DNA from: an uncultured delta proteobacterium | GTDB lineage: Bacteria > Myxococcota_A > Polyangia > Polyangiales > Polyangiaceae | Reading direction: 5' to 3' | Assembly: GCA_963841435.1 (NCBI GenBank) | Contig: CAWJCS010000006.1 | Location: 448,001 to 512,000, forward strand | DNA length: 64,000 nucleotides | Shown here: piece by piece, positions 10,839-20,512 of the stretch | Layout: every line of letters starts with the position of its first letter | How positions within the stretch are numbered: position 1 is the stretch's first letter | Translations under genes and position numbers: made by a program | The notes under the pieces: model-generated | The model's input: only the letters and a program-made list of their open reading frames with translations | Told to the model about the DNA's origin: nothing | Database searches by the model: none

Positions 10839-11684
10839 TCATACGCTGAGGTCCAAGAACGCCTCGAGGCCAGGTAGCCGACGCTCGGCTGCCGCGAAAA
10901 GGCTCGCACTGACGAGCGCCGAGGCGGCGTGCTGTCCCAGCAGCCGAAACAGCTCGTAATCGACCGCGTCGAAACGCGTCTTTTGCGACAGTGTCGAGAA
11001 GATGGCGATCACGCCGACGACGCGCTCGTCGACCGCCAGGGGAATCACCGCGGCGGGCCGCTCGATGCCGCCCTGGCTCGGGTCGGCCGTTTCCTCCACC
11101 CGCGCCTCACCGCTGCGCAACACTTCACCGAGGGGTGAGCCTTCCGAGGGCACCGGCAGGAGCTCGCCGCCCGGCACGCCCTCGGAGGCTATCGGCACGA
11201 GCTCGGTGCCGTCGGGGTTCGCGAGATACACCGAGTAGCGCTCCGCGCCGACGAGCTGTGCCAGCACTTCCTTGATGCGGCGCGTGACCCCGCGCGGCGA
11301 CAGACTCGAGTGGAGCTGGTTGGAAGCGACATACAGGTTCGCGAGGTTGCTGAATTCACTCTCGACTTCCTGCACGCGCGTCGTGAACTGGCTCGACAGG
11401 GCCTCGGCCCTGTTGGTGCGCGACAAAAGCTCGCTCTTTTCCGCTTCGAGCTTCTCGATCTTCTCGAGCAGTTCGCGCACGGCGCGGTCGGCGGCAACCT
11501 GAGCCTTGAGGTTGGCGTTCTCGCCCTCGAGCGCGTGGAGTCGTGCGACGAGGCGGTCGTAGTCTTGCGTGACCTCGTCGGTCAGCGAGCCACGCGTGAA
11601 GCTCTTCACGAATCGTTCGCGCTCGGACTTGAGATCCGGGGGCGGCGAGTTGCTGTCGCTTCCGGGCGGCGGTTGCTTCGGCAT
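10839..11684 (-). CDS. Coiled-coil plus GAF domain protein
   Basis: Heptad-rich N-terminal half; GAF LYVASNQLHSSL...IPLAVDERVVGVIAIF...LFRLLGQHAASAL. Confidence 0.85.
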   Translation of the reverse strand: MPKQPPPGSDSNSPPPDLKSERERFVKSFTRGSLTDEVTQDYDRLVARLHALEGENANLKAQVAADRAVRELLEKIEKLEAEKSELLSRTNRAEALSSQFTTRVQEVESEFSNLANLYVASNQLHSSLSPRGVTRRIKEVLAQLVGAERYSVYLANPDGTELVPIASEGVPGGELLPVPSEGSPLGEVLRSGEARVEETADPSQGGIERPAAVIPLAVDERVVGVIAIFSTLSQKTRFDAVDYELFRLLGQHAASALVSASLFAAAERRLPGLEAFLDLSV

Positions 11685-11816
11685 GGGTCGGCGCGCCCGG
11701 AGCACCGACTCCAGGGCTACTCCCCAGTATAGATCAGCCAGGCGATGGCGAGCGGAACGCGCGGCCGGTCGGTCGGCGATGCCCGTTCCGGGGACCGAAG
11801 TCGGAGGTAGGATACG

Positions 11817-12197
11817 GTGCGCGTTGCAGCGCGCGTGCTCGAGGGGCTTCCAATGCGGCGGGAGGCGCCTATGCTGGTGGGTGGATGCCGGAAGCGGACA
11901 GCACCCCCGAGGCCGTCGAACGCATTGCTCGAGGCGGGCAAGCTGGATGAAGCACGCACCCGCCTCTCGCAGACGTCGTCAGCGGACGAAAGCTATGCCG
12001 TCGTGCGCGTGAAACTCGGGCTGCTCGACGGGTCGATGCCCGCGGGCGCCGCGCAGCAAGCGCTCATCCGCTTGATGCGGCGTGACGCGGAGTGGCCCGG
12101 CGCCAAGGAGCTTTATCACAAGGCGTCGGCCGCGGCGTACACGGGCGGGCAGTCGTCCGCCTCGCACTCGCATCCGCCGCCGCCCGTGCGAAAGTAG
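11817..12197 (+). CDS. Hypothetical protein (start uncertain; possibly ATG 11885 with a single-base frameshift near 11921)
   Basis: Coding-like codon usage from about 11922 (ALLEAGKLDEARTRL...). Confidence 0.55.
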   Translation: MRVAARVLEGLPMRREAPMLVGGCRKRTAPPRPSNALLEAGKLDEARTRLSQTSSADESYAVVRVKLGLLDGSMPAGAAQQALIRLMRRDAEWPGAKELYHKASAAAYTGGQSSASHSHPPPPVRK

Positions 12198-12237
12198 GCG
12201 CCGCCCGGGAGGTGCAGAGAGGACGGCGCGCGTCGCT

Positions 12238-13284
12238 TCAGGCCAGCGTGAGCCACGTCGCGAGCTCACCCGTGACGAGGCGCGGCGCCTCGCGCAGCGC
12301 CGCGAGATCCTTCGCTCCCACGAGGAGCATCGCCGCGCGGAGCTCCGCTTCGACGCGATCGAAGAAGGCGAGCGCGCCGTCGCGTCCTCCATTCTCGACC
12401 GCCTGGAGCGCCGCCCGCGCGATCCCTCCGACGCTTGCGCCGAGCGCGATGGCCTTGGCGATCGTCAGCCCGTCGGAGACGCCGCCCGTGGCGAACACCG
12501 TCTGGAAGCCGTGCCGGGCCATGAACGCCACGCTCGCCGCCGTCGGGATGCCCCAATCACGGAACGTTTCCCCGAGGCCGCGCTCGGGACCCTCGGCGCG
12601 GTGCATTTCCACGGCAACCCAGCTGGTCCCCCCGGCGCCCGAGACGTCAACGTGCCGGATGCCCGCGCCGACGAGCCTTCGCGCGACGCTGGGCGAGAGC
12701 CCCGAGCCGGTCTCCTTCGCGATCACGGGGACGCCGAGCTCGCGCGCGAGGCGCTCGAGCGTCGCGAGCGCGCCACGAAAATCGCGATCTCCCTCGCGCT
12801 GTATGAGCTCCATGGCGGGGTTCAGGTGCACGCAGAGCGCGTCGGCGCCCACCACCCGCACGAGCTTTTCGATCTCGCTCGTCGAAAGCTCGCGTGCCTG
12901 CACGACGCCAATGTTGCCGAGCAAGAGCACGTTGGGCGCGACATCGCGTACGGCGTAGGTCGGTAGAACGGCGGGGTTCTTGAGCAACGCGCGCTGGCTC
13001 CCGAGACCGAAGGCATAGCCACGCTCGTCCGCAATCCTCGAAAGCTCGCGGTTGATGCGTTGAGCGCGTTCGGTGCCACCCGTCATGCCCGCGATGAGGA
13101 TCGGTGCGGCGAGCTTCTTGCCGAGCACTTCGAGAGTCGTGTCGACTCCTTGGAGATCGAGCTCGGGGAGCGAATCGTGGACGAGCTCGACGCACTCGAA
13201 GAGCGTCGTCCGCCGCAAGAAGCCCACGTCTCCCGACCGGGCAAGCTCGATGTGGTCGGCTTTGCGCGCCGAGATGTCCGCCAT
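12238..13284 (-). CDS. fni: Type 2 isopentenyl-diphosphate delta-isomerase
   Basis: RKADHI, GMTGG, LGSQR, HLNPAMELIQREGDRDF, KETGSG, GAGGTSW. Confidence 0.97.
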   Translation of the reverse strand: MADISARKADHIELARSGDVGFLRRTTLFECVELVHDSLPELDLQGVDTTLEVLGKKLAAPILIAGMTGGTERAQRINRELSRIADERGYAFGLGSQRALLKNPAVLPTYAVRDVAPNVLLLGNIGVVQARELSTSEIEKLVRVVGADALCVHLNPAMELIQREGDRDFRGALATLERLARELGVPVIAKETGSGLSPSVARRLVGAGIRHVDVSGAGGTSWVAVEMHRAEGPERGLGETFRDWGIPTAASVAFMARHGFQTVFATGGVSDGLTIAKAIALGASVGGIARAALQAVENGGRDGALAFFDRVEAELRAAMLLVGAKDLAALREAPRLVTGELATWLTLA

Positions 13285-13385
13285 GACCCCGCGCTACATA
13301 CCATCTCGCTCGGCGGCCGCCGGGCGGCTCGTGCCCCGAGGGGCCACTCGGGCGATAGGAAGGCGTGCTAGGCTCGCGCCGAAAA

Positions 13386-14486
13386 ATGCGAGTGCGTACC
13401 GACAGTTCGAGACGCAGGCGACGCCGCCGGCCGGGAGCGCCGAAGGCCATCGTCCCGAACCCCTTTCTCGCGCTCCTGCCGACGGTGAAGCGGGACCTCG
13501 ACGCGCGGCTCGAGGCCTTCTTCGACGACAAGCTCGAAGCGGTGTCGTCGCACGGCGGCGAGGTTTCGGCGATGCTCGCGGCGCTCATGCGGCTCGCGCT
13601 CCGCGGCGGCAAGCGTATCCGACCCGCGCTCTCGTTCGTGGGCTACCGCGTGGCGAGCCCGCGCGGCTCCGCGGAGGTCGCCCTCGACGCCGGGCTCGCG
13701 CTCGAGCTCTTGCACACGTACATGCTGGTCCACGACGACTGGATGGACGGCGACGTGATGCGCCGCGGTGGGCCCACGGTGCACGCCGAGCTCGCGCGAC
13801 GCTTTCGCGACGAGCATCGCGGTCACTCGGCCGCCATTCTGGCGGGCGATTTCGCGGTCGGGCTCGCCGCGGAGGCGATGGCGGCCGTCACCATTCCGGA
13901 GGGTCGCGTGGGGCCCGTGCTCGAGTGCTTCGCGCGCATGCAGCAAGACGCCGTGCTCGGCCAGGTGCTCGACGTCGCGGGTCGCGGTTACGACCCCGAG
14001 GTCGCCTATTCGCTCAAGACCGGCAGCTACACCGTGCGCGGCCCGCTCAGGCTCGGCGCGCTGCTCGGCAAGGCGCCCGCGCCGCTGCTCCGCGCGCTCG
14101 ACCGCTATGCGACGCCCGTGGGGATCGCCTTCCAGCTCGCCGACGACTTGCTGAGCGCGTTCGGTACGCCCGGCGCCACGGGCAAGGCGCTCGGCAACGA
14201 CCTTCGCGCCGGCAAGCGCACGCCGCTCGTGCTCGCCGGCCTGCGCCGTGCGCGCGGGCGTGATCTCAGGGTGCTCAAGGCCGCCTACGGAAAACCCGAT
14301 GCCAGCGACACCGCGGTGGCTCGAGCGCTCGAGGTGCTCGACCGCTCGGGCGCGCGGCAACTCGTGGAACGTCGCGTGGAGGAGCTCGTCGTGGTCGCCC
14401 TCGCCGCGCTCGGGCCGAGCTTTCCAGCCCAGGGGCGCGAGCTGCTCGAGGGGGCAGCGCTGGCGCTCACGTCGCGCCGCCGCTGA
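13386..14486 (+). CDS. Polyprenyl (probably geranylgeranyl) diphosphate synthase
   Basis: GGKRIRP, first Asp-rich motif HDDWMDGDVMRRG, GQVLD, KTGSYT, FQLADDLL. The start is uncertain. Confidence 0.93.
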   Translation: MRVRTDSSRRRRRRRPGAPKAIVPNPFLALLPTVKRDLDARLEAFFDDKLEAVSSHGGEVSAMLAALMRLALRGGKRIRPALSFVGYRVASPRGSAEVALDAGLALELLHTYMLVHDDWMDGDVMRRGGPTVHAELARRFRDEHRGHSAAILAGDFAVGLAAEAMAAVTIPEGRVGPVLECFARMQQDAVLGQVLDVAGRGYDPEVAYSLKTGSYTVRGPLRLGALLGKAPAPLLRALDRYATPVGIAFQLADDLLSAFGTPGATGKALGNDLRAGKRTPLVLAGLRRARGRDLRVLKAAYGKPDASDTAVARALEVLDRSGARQLVERRVEELVVVALAALGPSFPAQGRELLEGAALALTSRRR

Positions 14487-14491
14487 GCGCG

Positions 14492-15430
14492 ATGGCTCGG
14501 GCGTACGGCAAGGTGATCCTGCTCGGCGAGCACGCCGTGGTGTACGGCGCGCCCGCGCTCGCCGCGGCGCTCGAGCTCGGCGCCGTGGCCCGCGCCGTGC
14601 CTGCGACCACCGCATCGCTGACGCTCGGCGGGCGCTCGATCGCGCTCGGCGGCGACCTGGCCGCGCAGCCCGAGGAACACGACCTCGCGCGCGGCTTCGC
14701 CGCCCTGCTCGGGGCGCTCGGCGTGCCGCCCCTCGCCGTCACGGCCGAGCTCGAGCTGCCGCCCGGCGCCGGGCTCGGTGCTTCGGCGGCGCTCGGCGTC
14801 GCCATGGCGCGCGCGGCGCTCGAGGCCGTGGAGCCCGGGCTCGATCTCGCGAGCGCCGGCGCGCGCGAGCGGGTGCTCGCCGCCGCCGCGGCCTGGGAGG
14901 GTGTCTTCCACGGCAACCCCTCCGGCGTCGATGCCGCGGCGGCCGAGGGGGGCGGCTGCATCCACTTCATGCGCGGCGAGGGTCCGACGCCCGTGCCAGT
15001 GGCGCGGCTTTTGCCGCTCGTCGTTGCCATCGCGGGCCCGCCCGCGAGCACGCGCGAGATGGTCGCGAACGTGGCGCGCCTGTTCGAGCGGCGTCCCGAG
15101 GTGGCGGGAAAGACAATCGAGGGTATCCGCCTACTCGTCCGAAATGCGAGGCTCTGCATCGAGGCGGGCGACCTGCCCGGCCTCGGCAAGCTCATGGATC
15201 TGAACCAGATGCTGCTCGCCGGGCTGATGCTCTCCACGGAGCCTATCGAACGGGCGTGCGCGGCCGCGCGGCAGGCGGGCGCGCTCGGCGCGAAGCTCAC
15301 GGGTGCCGGCGGGGGCGGGGCCGTCGTTGCGCTCGCCGACCTCGATCCCGAGCCCGTGCTCGCGGCGTTCCGCGACGAGGGCTTCGTCTGCTTCGCGACG
15401 AACGTCCCCGCGACGGGGGCCTCGCGATGA
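14492..15430 (+). CDS. mvk: Mevalonate kinase
   Basis: GKVILLGEHAVVYG, PPGAGLGASAA, HGNPSGVD, KLTGAGGGG. Confidence 0.95.
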   Translation: MARAYGKVILLGEHAVVYGAPALAAALELGAVARAVPATTASLTLGGRSIALGGDLAAQPEEHDLARGFAALLGALGVPPLAVTAELELPPGAGLGASAALGVAMARAALEAVEPGLDLASAGARERVLAAAAAWEGVFHGNPSGVDAAAAEGGGCIHFMRGEGPTPVPVARLLPLVVAIAGPPASTREMVANVARLFERRPEVAGKTIEGIRLLVRNARLCIEAGDLPGLGKLMDLNQMLLAGLMLSTEPIERACAAARQAGALGAKLTGAGGGGAVVALADLDPEPVLAAFRDEGFVCFATNVPATGASR

Positions 15431-16446
15431 CGTCCGCTCCAGCCTCCTCGCGCTCCGGCTCCGCGCCGAGCGGCTCCGGCGCGGTCGTCGCCGTGGCGCA
15501 CGCGAACATCGCGCTCGCGAAGTACTGGGGCAAGGCGGACGACGCGAACAACATCCCCGCGGTACCGAGCCTGTCGCTCACGCTCGGTGCGCTGACCACC
15601 CGCACGCGTGTCGACCTCGACGCTCGCCTCGCCGAGGACGCCGTCGTGCTCGACGCCATCGCGGCGACGGGCCGCGCCCGCGAGCGCGTGGTGGCCATGC
15701 TGGACGCACTCAGAGCTCGGGTGCGCTCCACCGTTCGCGCGCGCGTCTCGTCGTCCAACGACTTTCCAACGGCCGCCGGGCTCGCGTCGAGCGCCTCCGG
15801 TTTCGCGGCGCTCGCGCTCGCCGCCTCCAACGCCTACGGGCTCGCGCTCGACGAGAGCGAGCTCAGCGCGCTCGCGCGCCGGGCGTCGGCGTCGGCGGCG
15901 CGCTCGGTGCTCGGTGGCTACGTCGAGCTCCGGCAGGGCGCTCAGGCCGCCGAACGTCTGCTCCCCGGCTCGGAGCTGCCGCTCGTCATGCTCGTCGCCG
16001 TCACGGTGCGCGGCAAGAAGAGCGTCGGCTCGACGGAGGGCATGCGGCACACGCGCGCGACGAGCCCTTACTACGCGGCCTGGCTCGAACAGGCTCCCGC
16101 CATCTACGAGCGCGTGCGCGCCGGTGTGCTCGCGCGCGACCTCGAAGCGATCGGCACGGCGATGGAGGAGAGCGCGCTGACGATGCACGCGTCGATGCTC
16201 GCTGCGCGCCCTGCGATCGTCTACTTCGCGCCGGCGACGCTCGCGGCGATGGAAGCGGTGCGTACGCTTCGCCGGGCAGGCACACTCGCCTATTTCACGA
16301 TGGATGCCGGACCGCACGTGAAGGTCCTCACACGCTCCGAAAGCGCCGACGCCGTCGAGCGCGCGCTCGCGGCCGTGCCCGGCGTCTCGAGCGTGCTTCG
16401 GAGCGGCCCGGGAGGCGACGCGCGGCTGGAGCCCGAGGGCGGCTGA
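15427..16446 (+). CDS. mvaD: Diphosphomevalonate decarboxylase
   Basis: HANIALAKYWGK, FPTAAGLASSASG, SASAARS, FTMDAGPHVK; ATGA overlap with mvk. Confidence 0.96.
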   Translation: MTSAPASSRSGSAPSGSGAVVAVAHANIALAKYWGKADDANNIPAVPSLSLTLGALTTRTRVDLDARLAEDAVVLDAIAATGRARERVVAMLDALRARVRSTVRARVSSSNDFPTAAGLASSASGFAALALAASNAYGLALDESELSALARRASASAARSVLGGYVELRQGAQAAERLLPGSELPLVMLVAVTVRGKKSVGSTEGMRHTRATSPYYAAWLEQAPAIYERVRAGVLARDLEAIGTAMEESALTMHASMLAARPAIVYFAPATLAAMEAVRTLRRAGTLAYFTMDAGPHVKVLTRSESADAVERALAAVPGVSSVLRSGPGGDARLEPEGG

Positions 16447-17399
16447 TGCTCGTGCGGGCACCGGGTAAGCTCGTCCTTTCGGGAGCCTACGCGGTCCTCT
16501 CCGGCGCCCCGGCCGTCGTCACGGCGGTCGATCGCTTCGTCGTCGCCGACGCGGCGCGTCCTGCCGAGCGCGTGACCCCCGAAGTGCGCGCCGCGCTCGG
16601 CGACGCCGTCGCACCCTGGTTCTCTGCCGACGAGCTGCGCGAAGGCGACCAGAAGCTCGGCCTCGGCTCGAGCGCCGCCATCCTCGTTGCGAGCCTCGCG
16701 GCGCGCGTGGTGCTCGAGCGCGGCCCGCTCGTCGAGCCCGAGCTCGGCCGCTCGGTGCTCGCAGCCGCGCTCGCTGCGCACGCCGCAGCCCAGGGGGGCG
16801 GCAGCGGCGTCGACGTCGCTGCGTCAGCGCTCGGCGGGACGCTTTTGTACCGGCGTGCAGCGCCGGACGGCGCGTCACGGCACGGCACGGCGCCGGAAAC
16901 GGCGCCGCCGGCCGGGCCGAGCGTCGAGCCCGTCGTCCTTCCGGCGGGGCTCGTGCTCGAGGCGTGGTGGAGCGGCGCTGCTGCCGTCACCTCCGAGCTC
17001 GTCGGTCGCGTGGCGGCTCTCGGCTCGCGCGAGCCCGGCACGCACGCCCGTCTGCTCGGCGCTCAGACCGAAGCCGCGCTCGCCGCCGCACAGGCGCTTC
17101 GCGACGGCGACGACGCGGCGTTCATTCGCTCGCTCGTCGCGCAGGGCCGTGCTCTCCGGGCGCTCGGCGAGGCCGCGGGCGCGCCCATCGTCACCCTTGC
17201 CGCCCGGGAGCTCGGCGAAGCCGCGGAGCGAGACGGCGGCGCCGTGCTTCCTGCGGGCGCTGGTGGTGGCGACATCGTCGTCTACTTCGGCCCCCGCGCC
17301 TCCTCGGCCGAGGTTCGAGCGGTCGCCGCGCGTCACCGTCACCGCCTGCTGTCGCTCGCCGTGGGCGCGCGCGGGGCGCACGTCTGGCCGGACGGCTGA
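16446..17399 (+). CDS. Phosphomevalonate kinase (GHMP family, divergent)
   Basis: APGKLVLSGAYAVL, KLGLGSSAA, GGSGVDVAAS, GAGGGD; operon context. Confidence 0.85.
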   Translation: MLVRAPGKLVLSGAYAVLSGAPAVVTAVDRFVVADAARPAERVTPEVRAALGDAVAPWFSADELREGDQKLGLGSSAAILVASLAARVVLERGPLVEPELGRSVLAAALAAHAAAQGGGSGVDVAASALGGTLLYRRAAPDGASRHGTAPETAPPAGPSVEPVVLPAGLVLEAWWSGAAAVTSELVGRVAALGSREPGTHARLLGAQTEAALAAAQALRDGDDAAFIRSLVAQGRALRALGEAAGAPIVTLAARELGEAAERDGGAVLPAGAGGGDIVVYFGPRASSAEVRAVAARHRHRLLSLAVGARGAHVWPDG

Positions 17400-17422
17400 A
17401 AAGGGGCTAAAGCGGCAGGTCG

Positions 17423-18844
17423 ATGAGCGGCGGCTCGCGCATTCCCGGCTTCTACCGGCTCTCGATCCACGAGCGGCGCGCGCTCGTCGCAGAGCGCTCC
17501 GGGGTTCCCGTGGCGGAGCTCGAGGCGGCGCTCCACGGCGGGGGCATGGATCCGGACAAGGCCGACAAGGTCGTCGAGAACGTGCTCGGGACCTACGGCC
17601 TGCCGTTCGGCGTGGCCCTCAACGTGCGCGTGAACGGCCGCGATCACCTCGTGCCCATGGTCGTCGAGGAGCCGAGCGTCATCGCGGCGGCGTCGAACGC
17701 TGCGCGCATGGTGCGGGCGAGCGGCGGGTTCACGGCCGAGGTGACCGAAGCGCTCATGACCGGGCAGGTGCAGCTCGTCGACGTCCCGTCGCCCGCGGCG
17801 GCCTGCGCGCGGCTCGTGCACGAAACGCCCCGGCTCATGGAGATCGCGCGCGCGGCCGTGCCGAACCTCGTGTCGCGCGGAGGCGGACCGCGCGAGATCG
17901 AGGTGCGCGACCTCGGGGCAGGTTGTCTCGTCCTGCACGTCTACGTCGATTGCCGCGACGCCATGGGCGCGAACCTCGTCAACGCCATCGCGGAAGCCAT
18001 CGGCCCCGTCGCCGCCGAGCTCGCCCACGCCACGCTGGGGCTGCGCATCCTCTCGAACCTTTGCGATCGCCGCCGTGTTCGCGTGCACTGCCGCGTCCAC
18101 CCGCGCGACCTCGGCCTCTCGTCGCGCTCGTCCGAGCGACCGAGCGACCGCGTCCGCGACGCGAGCTCCGTACCGCCGCCGCCCGACACGCCCGGCGTCG
18201 AAGCCCCCGCGTACGGCGCGCCGATCACGCCGGCGCCCACGCGGCCGAGCCGCCCACCGCTGGGCGCGGCGGACTTCGTCGACGGTTCCGTCGTCGCCGA
18301 CCGCATCGTGCTCGCGTCGCGCTTCGCCGAGGTCGATCCGTACCGCGCCGCCACTCACAACAAGGGCGTCATGAACGGCGTCGACGCCGTCGTGCTCGCG
18401 AGCGGCAACGACTTTCGCGCCGTCGAAGCGGGCGCCCACGCGTACGCCGCGCGCTCCGGTCGCTACGCCCCGCTCGCCGTCTGGCGCCGCGACGGCGACG
18501 ACCTCGTCGGCGAGCTCGAAATGCCGCTCGCGCTCGGTATCGTCGGCGGCACGCTGCGCGTTCACCCGGTGGCCCAGACCTCGCTCAAGCTCATGGGCGT
18601 CAAGACCGCCGACGAGCTTGCCATGGTGGCCGCGAGCGTCGGCGTGGCCTCGAACCTCGCGGCGCTGCGCGCCCTTGCCACCGAAGGCATCCAGCGCGGC
18701 CACATGTCCCTGCACGCCCGCTCCGTCGCCGTCGCCGCCGGCGCCCTCGGCGACGAGGTCGAGCGCGTCGCCCTCGCCATCTGCGAGCGAGGAGCCATCA
18801 CCCTCGAAGCCGCCGAAGCCGTCCTCGAAACCCTGCGCATCTAG
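17423..18844 (+). CDS. mvaA: Class II HMG-CoA reductase with internal Pro-rich insertion
   Basis: ENVLG, EEPSVIAAASN, DAMGANLVN, RAATHNKGVMNG, TEGIQRGHMSLHA. Confidence 0.96.
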   Translation: MSGGSRIPGFYRLSIHERRALVAERSGVPVAELEAALHGGGMDPDKADKVVENVLGTYGLPFGVALNVRVNGRDHLVPMVVEEPSVIAAASNAARMVRASGGFTAEVTEALMTGQVQLVDVPSPAAACARLVHETPRLMEIARAAVPNLVSRGGGPREIEVRDLGAGCLVLHVYVDCRDAMGANLVNAIAEAIGPVAAELAHATLGLRILSNLCDRRRVRVHCRVHPRDLGLSSRSSERPSDRVRDASSVPPPPDTPGVEAPAYGAPITPAPTRPSRPPLGAADFVDGSVVADRIVLASRFAEVDPYRAATHNKGVMNGVDAVVLASGNDFRAVEAGAHAYAARSGRYAPLAVWRRDGDDLVGELEMPLALGIVGGTLRVHPVAQTSLKLMGVKTADELAMVAASVGVASNLAALRALATEGIQRGHMSLHARSVAVAAGALGDEVERVALAICERGAITLEAAEAVLETLRI

Positions 18845-18956
18845 CGTCCGCGGTTCGCCTCGCTCCCCCGCACGCAACGGTTCGCGACCGCAGCCGTCGT
18901 TGCCCGTCGTCCGTCGTCGCCCGTCGTTGCCTATCGCCCTCCGCGGTCGCTCGTCG

Positions 18957-19115
18957 TCGCCCGTCGCCCGTCGCCCGTCGCCGCCCGCGGTCGCCCGTCG
19001 CCCGTCGCCGCCCGCGGTCGCCCGTCGCCCGTCGCCGCCCGCGGTCGCCCGTCGCCCGTCGCCCGTCGCCCGTCGCCCGTCGCCCGTCGCCCGTCGCCCG
19101 TCGCCCGTCGCCCGT
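18957..19115. repeat. Heptamer (TCGCCCG) array: three 27-bp higher-order units followed by ten pure heptamers
   Basis: tcgcccgtcgcccgtcgccgcccgcgg at 18964, 18991 and 19018; (tcgcccg)x10 from 19045. Confidence 0.95.
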
Positions 19116-19156
19116 CCGGCCCCACCCGTCCACCACCACTTGCGGGCGCACATCGC

Positions 19157-19561
19157 AGCGTCGCGCCAGCGTCCGTCCACGGACCGAGCGTCGCGCCAGC
19201 GTCCGTCCACGGACCGAGCGTCGCGCCAGCGTCCGTCCACGGACCGAGCGTCGCGCCAGCGTCCGTCCACGGACCGAGCGTCGCGCCAGCGTCCGTCCAC
19301 GGACCGAGCGTCGCGCCAGCGTCCGTCCACGGACCGAGCGTCGCGCCAGCGTCCGTCCACGGACCGAGCGTCGCGCCAGCGTCCGTCCACGGACCGAGCG
19401 TCGCGCCAGCGTCCGTCCACGGACCGAGCGTCGCGCCAGCGTCCGTCCACGGACCCAGCGTCGCGCCAGCGTCCGTCCACGGACCGAGCGTCGCGCCAGC
19501 GTCCGTCCACGGACCCAGCGTCGCGCCAGCGTCCGTCCACGGACCCAGCGTCGCGCCAGCG
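19157..19561. repeat. 30-bp tandem array, 13 full units plus a partial unit, each with a hairpin
   Basis: Unit agcgtcgcgccagcgtccgtccacggaccS; internal inverted repeat GTCCGT-cc-ACGGAC; no unique spacers. Confidence 0.97.
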
Positions 19562-19571
19562 CCCTCTTGCA

Positions 19572-19600
19572 CGCAATTCATATATATGCTAATTCAAGTT
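19572..19600 (+). promoter_or_regulatory. AT-rich patch, probable promoter region of the HUH transposase gene
   Basis: caattcatatatatgctaattcaagtt in very GC-rich surroundings, immediately upstream of the CDS. Confidence 0.45.
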
Positions 19601-20404
19601 GTGGTCTTCGCCAGCGCAAGAAACCGCTCGCCGGCTCGGCATCGTTCCAGCCAGCGCAAGAAGGCGTCACGCGGCGCCGAGCGCCAGCTCCCGTTGGCGT
19701 TTCGCACGTGGGGCGGCGCGCGCCGTGGCGCCGGCCGGCCGCCGAACGGCTCGAGCGCCGGCGTTTCGCACCTGGCGCGGCCTGCGCTGTCGCGTCACCA
19801 TCCCGTGCACGCCACGCTGCGGCTGCGCGCGGGTATCCCGTCGTTGCGAGGCACGGCGTTGTACGGCGCCGTGCGCGGCGCGCTTGCGGCGGGGCGCGAG
19901 CGGTTCGGCTTCCGGCTCGTGCACTACTCGGTCCAGAGCAACCACTTGCACCTCATCGTGGAAGCGGGCGACCGTCGCGCGCTGGCGCGTGGCATGCAGG
20001 GCCTCACGATCCGCATCGCCCGCGCCGTCAATCGACGGCTCGGGCGCACAGGGGGCATCTTCGGGGACCGCTATCACGCTCGTGCTCTCGGCACGCCGCG
20101 CGCCGTCCGCCACGCGCTCGCGTACGTCCTTTTGAATGCTTCCAAGCATGGTGGTGCTCGCGCGGTTCCGGCCGGCTTTTTGGACCCGTGCTCCTCCGCT
20201 GCATGGTTCGAGGGATGGAACCGCCCGAGAGCCCTGATCTTCGGCACGGAAGCGGTCGGTCGCACCGCGGGCGGCGGCGCGTCGCTGCGAGCCGCGCCGC
20301 CCGTGGTCGCGGCACGCACCTGGTTGCTCAGAGTTGGCTATCGGCGCGCGGGCCCCGTCGATCCTGACGCGATGGTTCCCGCGTCGCCACGGGCATCGCC
20401 GTAG
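19586..20404 (+). mobile_element. Y1 HUH endonuclease, REP-associated tyrosine transposase (RAYT/TnpA-REP)-like
   Basis: HPVHATLR, HYSVQSNHLHLIVEA (HUH), DRYHAR, LAYVLLNASKH (catalytic Tyr), DPCSSAAWF; no tnpB; flanked by repeats. Alternative start GTG 19601. Confidence 0.88.
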
Positions 20405-20512
20405 CCACTCGCAACGCCGCCCGCGTCGCCACGGGCATCGCCGTAGCCACTCGCAACGCCGCCCGCGTCGCCACGGGCATCGCCGTAGCCACTCGCAACG
20501 CCGCCCGCGTCG
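20378..20512. repeat. 42-bp tandem repeat x3, starting inside the RAYT 3' end and containing GTAG
   Basis: gcgtcgccacgggcatcgccgtagccactcgcaacgccgccc at 20381, 20423 and 20465. Confidence 0.95.

Noticed and set aside
19157-19561. CRISPR array
   Set aside because: The 30-bp units are head-to-tail with no unique spacers, and there are no cas genes in the window.
16687-20367. 1226-aa ORF and other long ORFs across the repeats (17339..19576, 18931..19581, 20564..21556, 20654..22192)
   Set aside because: Stop-free frames caused by high GC and repeats; they overlap well-supported genes.
19586-20404. Autonomous IS200/IS605 element
   Set aside because: No tnpB and no clear left/right-end hairpin pair; protein length and motifs fit the RAYT-like group better.
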